50,454 nt of DNA from Nemertoderma westbladi (taxonomy: Eukaryota; Animalia; Xenacoelomorpha). The position numbers and the translations under genes are program-made. Of this stretch, positions 1-15,000 are shown one piece after another. Location: contig JAUCBJ010001789.1 of the NCBI GenBank assembly GCA_032718475.1, positions 1-50,454 of the forward strand, in the 5' to 3' direction. The notes beneath the pieces were generated by a model. That model saw only the letters and a list, made by a program, of their open reading frames with translations, was not told the DNA's origin and did no database searches. Each line of letters begins with the position of its first letter. Position 1 is the stretch's first letter.

Positions 1-3000
1 TTCGGTGATTGTTGGTATAGAAATCACTCCAGCCAATTAGATTTGTTTCCCTAAGTTTTGTAAAGTCGTTCGAACGAGATTGAAAAGGAAGGGAAACAAA
101 CTTGATTCGGTGATTGTTGGTATAGAAATCACTCCAGCCAATTCGATTTGTTTCCCTAAGTTTTGTAAAGTCGTTCGAACGAGATTGAAAAGGAAGGGAA
201 ACAAACTTGATTCGGTGATTGTTGGTATAGAAATCACTCCAGCCAATTCGATTTGTTTCCCTAAGTTTTGTAAAGTCGTTCGAACGAGATTGAAAAGGTA
301 GTGGAAACAAACTTGATTCGGTGATTGTTGGTATAGAAATCACTCCAGCCAATTAGATTTGTTTCCCTGAGTTTTGTAAAGTCGTTCGAACGAGTTTGAA
401 AAGGTCGGGGAAACAAACTTGATTCGGTGATTGTTGGTATAGAAATCATTCCAGCCAATTAGATTTGTTTCCCTGAGTTTTGTAAAGTCGTTCGAACGAG
501 TTTGAAAAGGTCTGAGAAACAAACTTGATTCGGTGTTTGTTGGTATAGAAATCACTCCAGCCAATTAGAATTGTTTCCCTGAGTTTTGTAAAGTCGTTCG
601 AACGAGTTTGAAAAGGTCGGGGAAACAAACTTGATTCGGTGATTGTTGGTATAGAAATCATTCCAGCCAATTAGATTTGTTTCCCTGAGTTTTGTAAAGT
701 CGTTCAAACGAGTTTGAAAAGGTCGGGGAAACAAACTTGATTCGGTGATTGTTGGTATAGAAATCATTCCAGCCAATTAGATTTGTTTCCCTGAGTTTTG
801 TAAAGTCGTTCGAACGAGTTAGAAAAGGTCGGGAAACAAACTTGATTCGGTGATTGTTGGTATAGAAATCATTCCAGCCAATTAGAATTGTTTCCCTGAG
901 TTTTGTAAAGTCGTTCGAACGAGTTTGAAAAGGTCTGAGAAACAAACTTGATTCGGTGATTGTTGGTATAGAAATCACTCCAGCCAATTAGATTTGTTTC
1001 CCTGAGTTTTGTAAAGTCGTTCGAACGAGTTTGAAAAGGTCGGGGAAACAAACTTGATTCGGTGATTGTTGGTATAGAAATCACTCCAGCCAATTAGATT
1101 TGTTTCCCTGAGTTTTATAAAGTCGTTCGAACGAGTTTGAAAAGGTCGGGAAACAAACTTGATTGGGTGTTTGTTGGTATAGAAATCACTCCAGCCAAAT
1201 AGAATTGTTTCCCTGAGTTTTGTAAAGTCGTTCGAACGAGTTTGAAAAGGTCGGGAAACAAACTTGATTGGGTGTTTGTTGGTATAGAAATCACTCCAGC
1301 CAATTAGATTTGTTTCCCTGAGTTTTGTAAAGTCGTTCGAACGAGTTTGAAAAGGTCGGGGAAACAAACTTGATTGGGTGTTTGTTGGTATAGAAATCAC
1401 TCCAGCCAATTAGATTTGTTTCCCTGAGTTTTGTAAAGTCGTTCGAACGAGTTTGAAAAGGTCGGGGAAACAAACTTGATTCGGTGATTGTTGGTATAGA
1501 AATCACTCAAGCCAATTAGATTTGTTTCCCTGAGTTTTATAAAGTCGTTCGAACGAGTTTGAAAAGGTCGGGGAAACATAACTTGATTCGGTGATTGTTG
1601 GTATAGAAATCACTCCAGCCAATTAGATTTGTTTCCCTAAGTTTTGTAAACGCGTTCGAACGAGTTTGAAAAGGTCTGAGAAACAAACTTGATTCGGTGA
1701 TTGTTGGTATAGAAATCACTCCAGCCAATTAGATTTGTTTACTTGAGTTTTGTATAGTCGTTCGAACGAGTTTGAAAAGGTCTGAGAAACAAACTTGATT
1801 CGGTGATTGTTGGTATAGAAATCACTCCAGCCAATTAGATTTGTTTCCCTGAGTTTTGTAAACGCGTTCGAACGAGTTTGAAAAGGTCGGGGAAACAAAC
1901 TTGATTCGGTGATTGTTGGTATAGAAATCACTCCAGCCAATTAGATTTGTTTACTTGAGTTTTGTATAGTCGTTCGAACGAGTTTGAAAAGGTCTGAGAA
2001 ACAAACTTGATTCGGTGATTGTTGGTATAGAAATCACTCCAGCCAATTAGATTTGTTTCCCTGAGTTTTGTAAACGCGTTCGAACGAGTTTGAAAAGGTC
2101 TGAGAAACAAACTTGATTCGGTGATTGTTGGTATAGAAATCACTCCAGCCAATTAGATTTGTTTCCCTGAGTTTTGTAAAGTCGTTCGAACGAGTTTGAA
2201 AAGGTCGGGGAAACAAACTTGATTCGGTGATTGTTGGTATAGAAATCACTCCAGCCAATTAGATTTGTTTCCCTAAGTTTTGTAAACGCGTTCGAACGAG
2301 TTTGAAAAGGTCGGGGAAACAAACTTGATTCGGTGATTGTTGGTATAGAAATCACTCCAGCCAATTAGATTTGTTTCCCTAAGTTTTGTAAACGCGTTCG
2401 AACGAGTTTGAAAAGGTCGGGGAAACAAACTTGATTCGGTGATTGTTGGTATAGAAATCACTCCAGCCAATTAGATTTGTTTCCCTAAGTTTTGTAAACG
2501 CGTTCGAACGAGTTTGAAAAGGTCGGGGAAACAAACTTGATTCGGTGATTGTTGGTATAGAAATCATTCCAGCCAATTAGATTTGTTTCCCTGAGTTTTG
2601 TAAAGTCGTTCAAACGAGTTTGAAAAGGTCGGGGAAACAAACTTGATTCGGTGATTGTTGGTATAGAAATCATTCCAGCCAATTAGATTTGTTTCCCTGA
2701 CTTTTGTAAAGTCGTTCGAACGAGTTAGAAAAGGTCGGGAAACAAACTTGATTCGGTGATTGTTGGTATAGAAATCATTCCAGCCAATTAGATTTGTTTC
2801 CCTAAGTTTTGTAAAGTCGTTCGAACGAGTTAGAAAAGGTCGGGAAACAAACTTGATTCGGTGATTGTTGGTATAGAAATCATTCCAGCCAATTAGATTT
2901 GTTTCCCTGAGTTTTGTAAAGTCGTTCGAACGAGTTAGAAAAGGTCGGGAAACAAACTTGATTCGGTGATTGTTGGTATAGAAATCATTCCAGCCAATTA

Positions 3001-6000
3001 GATTTGTTTCCCTAAGTTTTGTAAAGTCGTTCGAACGAGTTTGAAAAGGTCGGGGAAACAAACTTGATTCGGTGATTGTTGGTATAGAAATCATTCCAGC
3101 CAATTAGATTTGTTTCCCTGAGTTTTGTAAAGTCGTTCGAACGAGTTAGAAAAGGTCGGGAAACAAACTTGATTCGGTGATTGTTGGTATAGAAATCATT
3201 CCAGCCAATTAGATTTGTTTCCCTAAGTTTTGTAAAGTCGTTCGAACGAGTTTGAAAAGGTCGGGGAAACAAACTTGATTCGGTGATTGTTGGTATAGAA
3301 ATCATTCCAGCCAATTAGATTTGTTTCCCTGAGTTTTGTAAAGTCGTTCAAACGAGTTTGAAAAGGTCGGGGAAACAAACTTGATTCGGTGATTGTTGGT
3401 ATAGAAATCATTCCAGCCAATTAGATTTGTTTCCCTGAGTTTTGTAAAGTCGTTCAAACGAGTTAGAAAAGGTCGGGAAACAAACTTGATTCGGTGATTG
3501 TTGGTATAGAAATCATTCCAGCCAATTAGATTTGTTTCCCTGAGTTTTGTAAAGTCGTTCGAACGAGTTAGAAAAGGTCGGGAAACAAACTTGATTCGGT
3601 GATTGTTGGTATAGAAATCACTCCAGCCAATTAGATTTGTTTCCCTGAGTTTTGTAAAGTCGTTCAAACGAGTTTGAAAAGGTCGGGGAAACAAACTTGA
3701 CTCGGTGATTGTTGGTATAGAAATCACTCCAGCCAATTAGATTTGTTTCCCTGAGTTTTGTAAAGTCGTTCAAACGAGTTTGAAAAGGTCTGAGAAACAA
3801 ACTTGATTCGGTGATTGTTGGTATAGAAATCACTCCAGCCAATTAGAATTGTTTCCCTGAGTTTTGTAAAGTCGTTCGAACGAGTTTGAAAAGGTCTGAG
3901 AAACAAACTTGATTCGGTGATTGTTTCTATAGAAATCACTCCAGCCAATTAGATTTGTTTCCCTGAGTTTTGTAAAGTCGTTCGAACGAGTTAGAAAAGG
4001 TCGGGAAACAAACTTGATTCGGTGATTGTTGGTATAGAAATCACTCCAGCCAATTAGATTTGTTTCCCTGAGTTTTGTAAAGTCGTTCAAACGAGTTTGA
4101 AAAGGTCGGGGAAACAAACTTGACTCGGTGATTGTTGGTATAGAAATCACTCCAGCCAATTAGATTTGTTTCCTGAGTTTTGTAAAGTCGTTCGAACGAG
4201 TTTGAAAAGGTCTGAGAAACAAACTTGATTCGGTGATTGTTGGTATAGAAATCACTCCAGCCAATTAGATTTGTTTACTTGAGTTTTGTATAATCGTTCG
4301 AACGAGTTTGAAAAGGTCTGAGAAACAAACTTGATTCGGTGATTGTTGGTATAGAAATCACTCCAGCCAATTAGATTTGTTTCCCTGAGTTTTGTAAAGT
4401 CGTTCGAACGAGTTTGAAAAGGTCGGGGAAACAAACTTGATTCGGTGATTGTTGGTATAGAAATCACTCCAGCCAATTAGATTTGTTTCCCTGAGTTTTA
4501 TAAAGTCGTTCGAACGAGTTTGAAAAGGTCGGGAAACAAACTTGATTGGGTGTTTGTTGGTATAGAAATCACTCCAGCCAAATAGAATTGTTTCCCTGAG
4601 TTTTGTAAAGTCGTTCGAACGAGTTTGAAAAGGTCGGGAAACAAACTTGATTGGGTGTTTGTTGGTATAGAAATCACTCCAGCCAATTAAATTTGTTTCT
4701 CTGAGTTTTGTAAAGTCGTTCGAACGTGTTTGAAAAGGTCGGGGAAACAAACTTGATTCGGTGATTGTTGGTATAGAAATCACTCCAGCCAATTAGATTT
4801 GTTTCCCTGAGTTTTATAAAGTCGTTCGAACGAGTTTGAAAAGGTAGGGGAAACAAACTTGATTCGGTGATTGTTGCTATAGAAATCACTCCAGCCAATT
4901 AGATTTGTTTCCCTGAGTTTTGTAAAGTCGTTCAAACGAGTTTGAAAAGGTCGGGGAAACAAACTTGATTCGGTGATTGTTGGTATAGAAATCACTCCAG
5001 CCAATTAGAATTGTTTCCTTGAGTTTTGTAAAGTCGTTCAAACGAGTTTGAAAAGGTCTGAGAAACAAACTTGATTCGGTGATTGTTGGTATAGAAATCA
5101 CTCCAGCCAATTAGATTTGTTTCCCTGAGTTTTATAAAGTCGTTCGAACGAGTTTGAAAAGGTAGGGGAAACAAACTTGATTCGGTGATTGTTGCTATAG
5201 AAATCACTCCAGCCAATTAGATTTGTTTCCCTGAGTTTTGTAAAGTCGTTCAAACGAGTTTGAAAAGGTCGGGGAAACAAACTTGATTCGGTGATTGTTG
5301 GTATAGAAATCACTCCAGCCAATTAGAATTGTTTCCCTGAGTTTTGTAAAGTCGTTCGAACGAGTTAGAAAAGGTCGGGAAACAAACTTGATTCGGTGAT
5401 TGTTGGTATAGAAATCATTCCAGCCAATTAGATTTGTTTCCCTGAGTTTTGTAAAGTCGTTCGAACGAGTTAGAAAAGGTCGGGAAACAAACTTGATTCG
5501 GTGATTGTTGGTATAGAAATCACTCCAGCCAATTAGATTTGTTTCCCTGAGTTTTATAAAGTCGTTCGAACGAGTTTGAAAAGGTAGGGGAAACAAACTT
5601 GATTCGGTGATTGTTGCTATAGAAATCACTCCAGCCAATTAGATTTGTTTCCCTGAGTTTTGTAAAGTCGTTCAAACGAGTTTGAAAAGGTCGGGGAAAC
5701 AAACTTGATTCGGTGATTGTTGGTATAGAAATCACTCCAGCCAATTAGAATTGTTTCCCTGAGTTTTGTAAAGTCGTTCGAACGAGTTAGAAAAGGTCGG
5801 GAAACAAACTTGATTCGGTGATTGTTGGTATAGAAATCATTCCAGCCAATTAGATTTGTTTCCCTGAGTTTTGTAAAGTCGTTCGAACGAGTTAGAAAAG
5901 GTCGGGAAACAAACTTGATTCGGTGATTGTTGGTATAGAAATCACTCCAGCCAATTAGATTTGTTTCCCTGAGTTTTATAAAGTCGTTCGAACGAGTTTG

Positions 6001-9000
6001 AAAAGGTAGGGGAAACAAACTTGATTCGGTGATTGTTGCTATAGAAATCACTCCAGCCAATTAGATTTGTTTCCCTGAGTTTTGTAAAGTCGTTCAAACG
6101 AGTTTGAAAAGGTCGGGGAAACAAACTTGATTCGGTGATTGTTGGTATAGAAATCACTCCAGCCAATTAGAATTGTTTCCCTGAGTTTTGTAAAGTCGTT
6201 CGAACGAGTTAGAAAAGGTCGGGAAACAAACTTGATTCGGTGATTGTTGGTATAGAAATCATTCCAGCCAATTAGATTTGTTTCCCTGAGTTTTGTAAAG
6301 TCGTTCGAACGAGTTAGAAAAGGTCGGGAAACAAACTTGATTCGGTGATTGTTGGTATAGAAATAACTCCAGCCAATTAGATTTGTTTCCCTAAGTTTTG
6401 TAAACGCGTTCGAACGAGTTTGAAAAGGTCGGGGAAACAAACTTGATTCGGTGATTGTTGGTATAGAAATAACTCCAGCCAATTAGATTTGTTTCCCTGA
6501 GATTTGTAAAGTCGTTCGAACGAGTTTGAAAAGGTCGGGGAAACAAACTTGATTCGGTGATTGTTGGTATAGAAATCACTCCAGCCAATTATATTTGTTT
6601 CCCTGAGTTTTGTAAAGTCGTTCAAACGAGTTTGAAAAGGTAGGGGAAACAAACTTGACTAGGTGATTGTTGGTATAGAAATCACTCCAGCCAATTAGAT
6701 TTGTTTCCCTAAGTTTTGTAAACGCGTTCGAACGATTTTGAAAAGGTCGGGGAAACAAACTTGATTCGGTGATTGTTGGTATAGAAATCACTCCAGCCAA
6801 TTAGATTTGTTTCCCTGAGTTTTGTAAAGTCGTTCGAACGAGTTTGAAAAGGTCGGGGAAACAAACTTGATTCGGTGATTGTTGGTATAGAAATCACTCC
6901 AGCCAATTAGATTTGTTTCCCTGAGTTTTGTAAAGTCGTTCAAACGAGTTTGAAAAGGTCAGGGAAACAAACCTGATTCGGTGATTGTTGGTATAGAAAT
7001 CACTCCAGCCAATTAGATTTGTTTCCATGAGTTTTGTAAAGTCGTTCAAGCGAGTTTGAAAAGGTCGGGGAAACAAACTTGATTCGGTGATTGTTGCTAT
7101 AGAAATCACTCCAGCCAATTAGATTTGTTTACTTGAGTTTTGTATAGTCGTTCGAACGAGTTTGAAAAGGTCTGAGAAACAAACTTGATTCGGTGATTGT
7201 TGCTATAGAAATCACTCCAGCCAATTAGATTTGTTTACTTGAGTTTTGTATAATCGTTCGAACGAGTTTGAAAAGGTCTGAGAAACAAACTTGATTCGGT
7301 GATTGTTGGTATAGAAATCACTCCAGCCAATTAGATTTGTTTCCCTGAGTTTTGTAAAGTCGTTCGAACGAGTTTGAAAAGGTCTGAGAAACAAACTTGA
7401 TTCGGTGATTGTTGGTATAGAAATCACTCCAGCCAATTAGATTTGTTTCCATGAGTTTTGTAAAGTCGTTCGAACGAGTTTGAAAAGGTCGGGGAAACAA
7501 ACTTGATTCGGTGATTGTTGCTATAGAAATCACTCCAGCCAATTAGATTTGTTTACTTGAGTTTTGTATAGTCGTTCGAACGAGTTTGAAAAGGTCTGAG
7601 AAACAAACTTGATTCGGTGATTGTTGGTATAGAAATCACTCCAGCCAATTAGATTTGTTTCCCTGAGTTTTGTAAAGTCGTTCAAACGAGTTTGAAAAGG
7701 TCGGGGAAACAAACTTGATTCGGTGATTGTTGGTATAGAAATCACTCCAGCCCATTAGAATTGTTTCCCTGAGTTTTGTAAAGTCGTTCGAACGAGTTTG
7801 AAAAGGAAGGGAAACAAACTTGATTCGGTGATTGTTGGTATAGAAATCACACCAGCCAATTAGATTTGTTTCCCTGAGTTTTGTAAAGTCGTTCGAACGA
7901 GTTTGAAAAGGTCGGGGAAACAAACTTGATTCGGTGATTGTTGGTATAGAAATCACTCCAGCCAATTAGATTTGTTTCCCTGAGTTTTGTAAAGTCGTCC
8001 AAACGAGTTTGAAAAGGTCGGGGAAACAAACTTGATTCGGTGATTGTTGCTATAGAAATCACTCCAGCCAATTAGATTTGTTTACTTGAGTTTTGTATAG
8101 TCGTTCGAACGAGTTTGAAAAGGTCGGGGAAACAAACTTGATTCGGTGATTGTTGGTATAGAAATCACTCCAGCCAATTAGAATTGTTTCCCTGAGTTTT
8201 GTAAAGTCGTTCGAACGAGTTTGAAAAGGTCTGAGAAACAAACTTGATTCGGTGATTGTTGCTATAGAAATCACTCCAGCCAATTAGATTTGTTTCCCTG
8301 AGTTTTGTAAAGTCGTTCAAACGAGTTTGAAAAGGTCGGGGAAACAAACTTGATTCGGTGATTGTTGGTATAGAAATAACTCCAGCCAATTAGATTTGTT
8401 TCCCTAAGTTTTGTAAACGCGTTCGAACGAGTTTGAAAAGGTCGGGGAAACAAACTTGATTCGGTGATTGTTGGTATAGAAATAACTCCAGCCAATTAGA
8501 TTTGTTTCCCTGAGATTTGTAAAGTCGTTCGAACGAGTTTGAAAAGGTCGGGGAAACAAACTTGATTCGGTGATTGTTGGTATAGAAATCACTCCAGCCA
8601 ATTATATTTGTTTCCCTGAGTTTTGTAAAGTCGTTCAAACGAGTTTGAAAAGGTAGGGGAAACAAACTTGACTAGGTGATTGTTGGTATAGAAATCACTC
8701 CAGCCAATTAGATTTGTTTCCCTAAGTTTTGTAAACGCGTTCGAACGATTTTGAAAAGGTCGGGGAAACAAACTTGATTCGGTGATTGTTGGTATAGAAA
8801 TCACTCCAGCCAATTAGATTTGTTTCCCTGAGTTTTATAAAGTCGTTCGAACGAGTTTGAAAAGGTCGGGGAAACAAACTTGATTCGGTGATTGTTGGTA
8901 TAGAAATCACTCCAGCCAATTAGATTTGTTTCCCTGAGTTTTGTAAAGGCGTTCAAACGAGTTTGAAAAGGTCGGGGAAACAAACTTGATTCGGTGATTG

Positions 9001-12000
9001 TTGGTATAGAAATCACTCCAGCCAATTAGATTTGTTTCCCTGAGTTTTGTAAAGGCGTTCAAACGAGTTTGAAAAGGTCGGGGAAACAAACTTGATTCGG
9101 TGATTGTTGGTATAGAAATCACTCCAGCCAATTAGATTTGTTTCCCTGAGTTTTGTAAAGGCGTTCAAACGAGTTTGAAAAGGTAGGGGAAACAAACTTA
9201 TTTCGGTGATTGTTGGTATAGAAATCTCTCCAGCCAATTAGATTTGTTTCCCTGAGTTTTATAAAGTCGTTCGAACGAGTTTGAAAAGGTCGGGGAAACA
9301 TAACTTGATTCGGTGATTGTTGGTATAGAAATCACTCCAGCCAATTAGATTTGTTTCCCTGAGTTTTATAAAGTCGTTCGAACGAGTTTGAAAAGGTCGG
9401 GGAAACAAAAACTTGATTCGGTGATTGTTGGTATAGAAATCACTCCAGCCAATTAGATTTGTCGGGGAAACAAACTTGATTCGGTGATTGTTGGTATAGA
9501 AATCACTCCAGCCAATTAGATTTGTTTCCCTGAGTTTTGTAAAGTCGTTCGAACGAGTTTGAAAAGGTCGGGGAAACAAACATGATTCGGTGATTGTTGG
9601 TATAGAAATCACTCCAGCCAATTAGATTTGTTTCCCTGAGTTTTGTAAAGTCTTTCGAACGAGTTTGAAAAGGTCTGAGAAACAAACTTGATTCGGTGAT
9701 TGTTGCTATAGAAACCACTCCAGCCAATTAGATTTGTTTACTTGAGTTTTGTAAAGTCTTTCGAACGAGTTTGAAAAGGTCTGAGAAACAAACTTGATTC
9801 GGTGATTGTTGCTATAGAAACCACTCCAGCCAATTAGAATTGTTTCCCTGAGTGTGTAAAGTCTTTCGAACGAGTTTGAAAAGGTTTGAGAAACAAACTT
9901 GATTCGGTGATTGTTGCTATAGAAACCACTCCAGCCAATTAGAATTGTTTCCCTGAGTTTTGTAAAGTCTTTCGAACAAGTTTGAAAAGGTCTGAGAAAC
10001 AAACTTGATTCGGTGATTGTTGGTATAGAAATCACTCCAGCCAATTAGATTTGTTTCCCTGAGTTTTGTAAAGTCGTTCGAACGAGTTTGAAAAGGTCGG
10101 GGAAACAAACTTGACTCGGTGATTGTTGGTATAGAAATCACTCCAGTCAATTAGATTTGTTTCCGTGCGTTTTGTAAAGTCGTTCGAACGAGTTTGAAAA
10201 GGTCTGAGAAACAAACTTGATTCGGTGATTGTTGGTATAGAAATCACTCCAGCCAATTAGATTTGTTTCCCTGAGTTTTGTAAAGTCGTTCAAACGAGTT
10301 TGAAAAGGTCTGAGAAACAAACTTGATTCGGTGATTGTTGGTATAGAAATCACTCCAGCCAATTAGATTTGTTTCCCTGAGTTTTATAAAGTCGTTCGAA
10401 CGAGTTTGAAAAGGTCGGGGAAACAAACTTGATTTGTGATTGTTGGTATAGAAATCACTCCAGCCAATTAGATTTGTTTCCCTAAGTTTTGTAAAGTCGT
10501 TCAAACGAGTTTGAAAAGGTCGGGGAAACAAACTTGATTCGGTGATTGTTGGTATAGAAATCACTCCAGCCAATTAGATTTGTTTCCCTGAGATTTGTAA
10601 AGTCGTTCAAACGAGTTTGAAAAGGTCTGAGAAACAAACTTGATTCGGTGATTGTTGGTATAGAAATCACTCCAGCCAATTAGATTTGTTTCCCTGAGTT
10701 TTGTAAAGTCGTTCAAACGAGTTTGAAAAGGTCTGAGAAACAAACTTGATTCGGTGATTGTTGCTATAGGAATCACTACAGCCAATTAGATTTGTTTCCC
10801 TGAGTTTTGTAAAGTCGTTCAAACGAGTTTGAAAAGGTCTGAGAAACAAACTTGATTCGGTGATTGTTGCTATAGAAATCACTACAGCCAATTAGATTTG
10901 TTTCCCTGAGTTTTGTAAAGTCGTTCAAACGAGTTTGAAAAGGTAGGGGAAACAAACTTGATTCGGTGATTGTTGGTATAGAAATCACTCCAGCCTAATT
11001 AGATTTGTTTCCCTAAGTTTTGTAAACGCGTTCGAACGAGTTTGAAAAGGTCGGGGAAACAAACTTGATTCGGTGATTGTTGGTATAGAAATCACTCCAG
11101 CCAATTAGATTTGTTTCCCTGAGTTTTATAAAGTCGTTCGAACGAGTTTGAAAAGGTCTGAGAAACAAACTTGATTCGGTGATTGTTGGTATAGAAATCA
11201 CTCCAGCCAATTAGATTTGTTTCCCTGAGTTTTGTAAAGTCGTTCAAACGAGTTTGAAAAGGTCGGGGAAACAAACTTGATTCGGTGATTGTTGGTATAG
11301 AAATCACTCCAGCCTAATTAGATTTGTTTCCCTGAGTTTTGTAAAGTCGTTCAAACGAGTTTGAAAAGGTCGGGGAAACAAACTTGATTCGGTGATTGTT
11401 GGTATAGAAATCACTCCAGCCAATTAGATTTGTTTCCCTGAGTTTTGTAAAGTCGTTCAAACGAGTTTGAAAAGGTCGGGGAAACAAACTTGATTCGGTG
11501 ATTGTTGGTATAGAAATCACTCCAGCCTAATTCGATTTGTTTCCCTGAGTTTTGTAAAGTCGTTCAAACGAGTTTGAAAAGGTCGGGGAAACAAACTTGA
11601 TTCGGTGATTGTTGGTATAGAAATCACTCCAGCCAATTAGATTTGTTTCCCTGAGTTTTATAAAGTCGTTCGAACGAGTTTGAAAAGGTCTGAGAAACAA
11701 ACTTGATTCGGTGATTGTTGGTATAGAAATCACTCCAGCCAATTAGATTTGTTTCCCTGAGTTTTGTAAAGTCGTTCAAACGAGTTTGAAAAGGTCGGGG
11801 AAACAAACTTGATTCGGTGATTGTTGGTATAGAAATCACTCCAGCCTAATTAGATTTGTTTCCCTGAGTTTTGTAAAGTCGTTCAAACGAGTTTGAAAAG
11901 GTCGGGTAAACAAACTTGATTCGGTGATTGTTGGTATAGAAATCACTCCACCCAATTAGATTTGTTTACTTGAGTTTTATAAAGTCGTTCAAACGAGTTT

Positions 12001-15000
12001 GAAAAGGTCGGGGAAACAAACTTGATTCGGTGATTGTTGCTATAGAAATCACTCCAGCCAATTAGATTTGTTTACTTGAGTTTTGTAAAGTCGTTCAAAC
12101 GAGTTTGAAAAGGTCGGGGAAACAAACTTGATTCGGTGATTGTTGCTATAGAAATCACTCCAGCCAATTAGATTTGTTTCCCTGAGTTTTATAAAGTCGT
12201 TCGAACGAGTTTGAAAAGGTCTGAGAAACAAACTTGATTCGGTGATTGTTGGTATAGAAATCACTCCAGCCAATTAGATTTGTTTCCCTGAGTTTTATAA
12301 AGTCGTTCGAACGAGTTTGAAAAGGTCTGAGAAACAAACTTGATTCGGTGATTGTTGGTATAGAAATCACTCCAGCCAATTAGATTTGTTTCCCTGAGTT
12401 TTGTAAAGTCGTTCAAACGAGTTTGAAAAGGTCGGGGAAACAAACTTGATTCGGTGATTGTTGGTATAGAAATCACTCCACCCAATTAGATTTGTTTACT
12501 TGAGTTTTGTAAAGTCGTTCAAACGAGTTTGAAAAGGTCGGGGAAACAAACTTGATTCGGTGATTGTTGGTATAGAAATCACTCCAGCCAATTAGATTTG
12601 TTTCCCTAAGTTTTGTAAACGCGTTCGAACGAGTTTGAAAAGGTCGGGGAAACAAACTTGATTCGGTGATTGTTGGTATAGAAATCACTCCAGCCAATTA
12701 GATTTGTTTCCCTAAGTTTTGTAAACGCGTTCGAACGAGTTTGAAAAGGTCGGGGAAACAAACTTGATTCGGTGATTGTTGGTATAGAAATCACTCCACC
12801 CAATTAGATTTGTTTACTTGAGTTTTGTAAAGTCGTTCAAACGAGTTTGAAAAAGTCGGGGAAACAAACTTGATTCGGTGATTGTTGCTATAGAAATCAC
12901 TCCAGCCAATTAGATTTGTTTCCCTGAGTTTTATAAAGTCGTTCGAACGAGTTTGAAAAGGTCGGGGAAACAAACTTGATTCGGTGATTGTTGGTATAGA
13001 AATCACTCCAGCCAATTAGATTTGTTTCCCTGAGTTTTGTAAAGGCGTTCAAACGAGTTTGAAAAGGTCGGGGAAACAAACTTGATTCGGTGATTGTTGG
13101 TATAGAAATCACTCCAGCCAATTAGATTTGTTTCCCTGAGTTTTGTAAAGGCGTTCAAACGAGTTTGAAAAGGTCGGGGAAACAAACTTGATTCGGTGAT
13201 TGTTGGTATAGAAATCACTCCAGCCAATTAGATTTGTTTCCCTGAGTTTTGTAAAGGCGTTCAAACGAGTTTGAAAAGGTAGGGGAAACAAACTTATTTC
13301 GGTGATTGTTGGTATAGAAATCACTCCAGCCAATTAGATTTGTTTCCCTGAGTTTTATAAAGTCGTTCGAACGAGTTTGAAAAGGTCGGGGAAACATAAC
13401 TTGATTCGGTGATTGTTGGTATAGAAATCACTCCAGCCAATTAGATTTGTTTCCCTGAGTTTTATAAAGTCGTTCGAACGAGTTTGAAAAGGTCGGGGAA
13501 ACAAACTTGATTCGGTGATTGTTGGTATAGAAATCACTCCAGCCAATTAGATTTGTTTCCCTGAGTTTTATAAAGTCGTTCGAACGAGTTTGAAAAGGTC
13601 GGGGAAACAAACTTGATTCGGTGATTGTTGGTATAGAAATCACTCCAGCCAATTAGATTTGTTTCCCTGAGTTTTATAAAGTCGTTCGAACGAGTTTGAA
13701 AAGGTCGGGGAAACAAACTTGATTCGGTGATTGTTGGTATAGAAATCACTCCAGCCAATTAGATTTGTTTCCCTGAGTTTTGTAAAGGCGTTCAAACGAG
13801 TTTGAAAAGGTCGGGGAAACAAACTTGATTCGGTGATTGTTGGTATAGAAATCACTCCAGCCAATTAGATTTGTTTCCCTGAGTTTTGTATAGTCGTTCG
13901 AACGATTTTGAAAAGGTCGGGGAAACAAACTTGATTCGGTGATTGTTGGTATAGAAATCACTCCAGCCAATTAGATTTGTTTCCCTGAGTTTTATAAAGT
14001 CGTTCGAACGAGTTTGAAAAGGTCGGGGAAACAAACTTGATTCGGTGATTGTTGGTATAGAAATCACTCCAGCCAATTAGATTTGTTTCCCTGAGTTTTG
14101 TAAAGGCGTTCAAACGAGTTTGAAAAGGTCGGGGAAACAAACTTGATTCGGTGATTGTTGGTATAGAAATCACTCCAGCCAATTAGATTTGTTTCCCTGA
14201 GTTTTGTAAAGGCGTTCAAACGAGTTTGAAAAGGTCGGGGAAACAAACTTGATTCGGTGATTGTTGGTATAGAAATCACTCCAGCCAATTAGATTTGTTT
14301 CCCTGAGTTTTGTAAAGGCGTTCAAACGAGTTTGAAAAGGTAGGGGAAACAAACTTATTTCGGTGATTGTTGGTATAGAAATCACTCCAGCCAATTAGAT
14401 TTGTTTCCCTGAGTTTTATAAAGTCGTTCGAACGAGTTTGAAAAGGTCGGGGAAACATAACTTGATTCGGTGATTGTTGGTATAGAAATCACTCCAGCCA
14501 ATTAGATTTGTTTCCCTGAGTTTTATAAAGTCGTTCGAACGAGTTTGAAAAGGTCGGGGAAATAAAAACTTGATTCGGTGATTGTTGGTATAGAAATCAC
14601 TCCAGCCAATTAGATTTGTCGGGGAAACAAACTTGATTCGGTGATTGTTGGTATAGAAATCACTCCAGCCAATTAGATTTGTTTCCCTGAGTTTTGTAAA
14701 GTCGTTCGAACGAGTTTGAAAAGGTCGGGGAAACAAACATGATTCGGTGATTGTTGGTATAGAAATCACTCCAGCCAATTAGATTTGTTTCCCTGAGTTT
14801 TGTAAAGTCTTTCGAACGAGTTTGAAAAGGTCTGAGAAACAAACTTGATTCGGTGATTGTTGCTATAGAAACCACTCCAGCCAATTAGATTTGTTTACTT
14901 GAGTTTTGTAAAGTCTTTCGAACGAGTTTGAAAAGGTCTGAGAAACAAACTTGATTCGGTGATTGTTGCTATAGAAACCACTCCAGCCAATTAGAATTGT

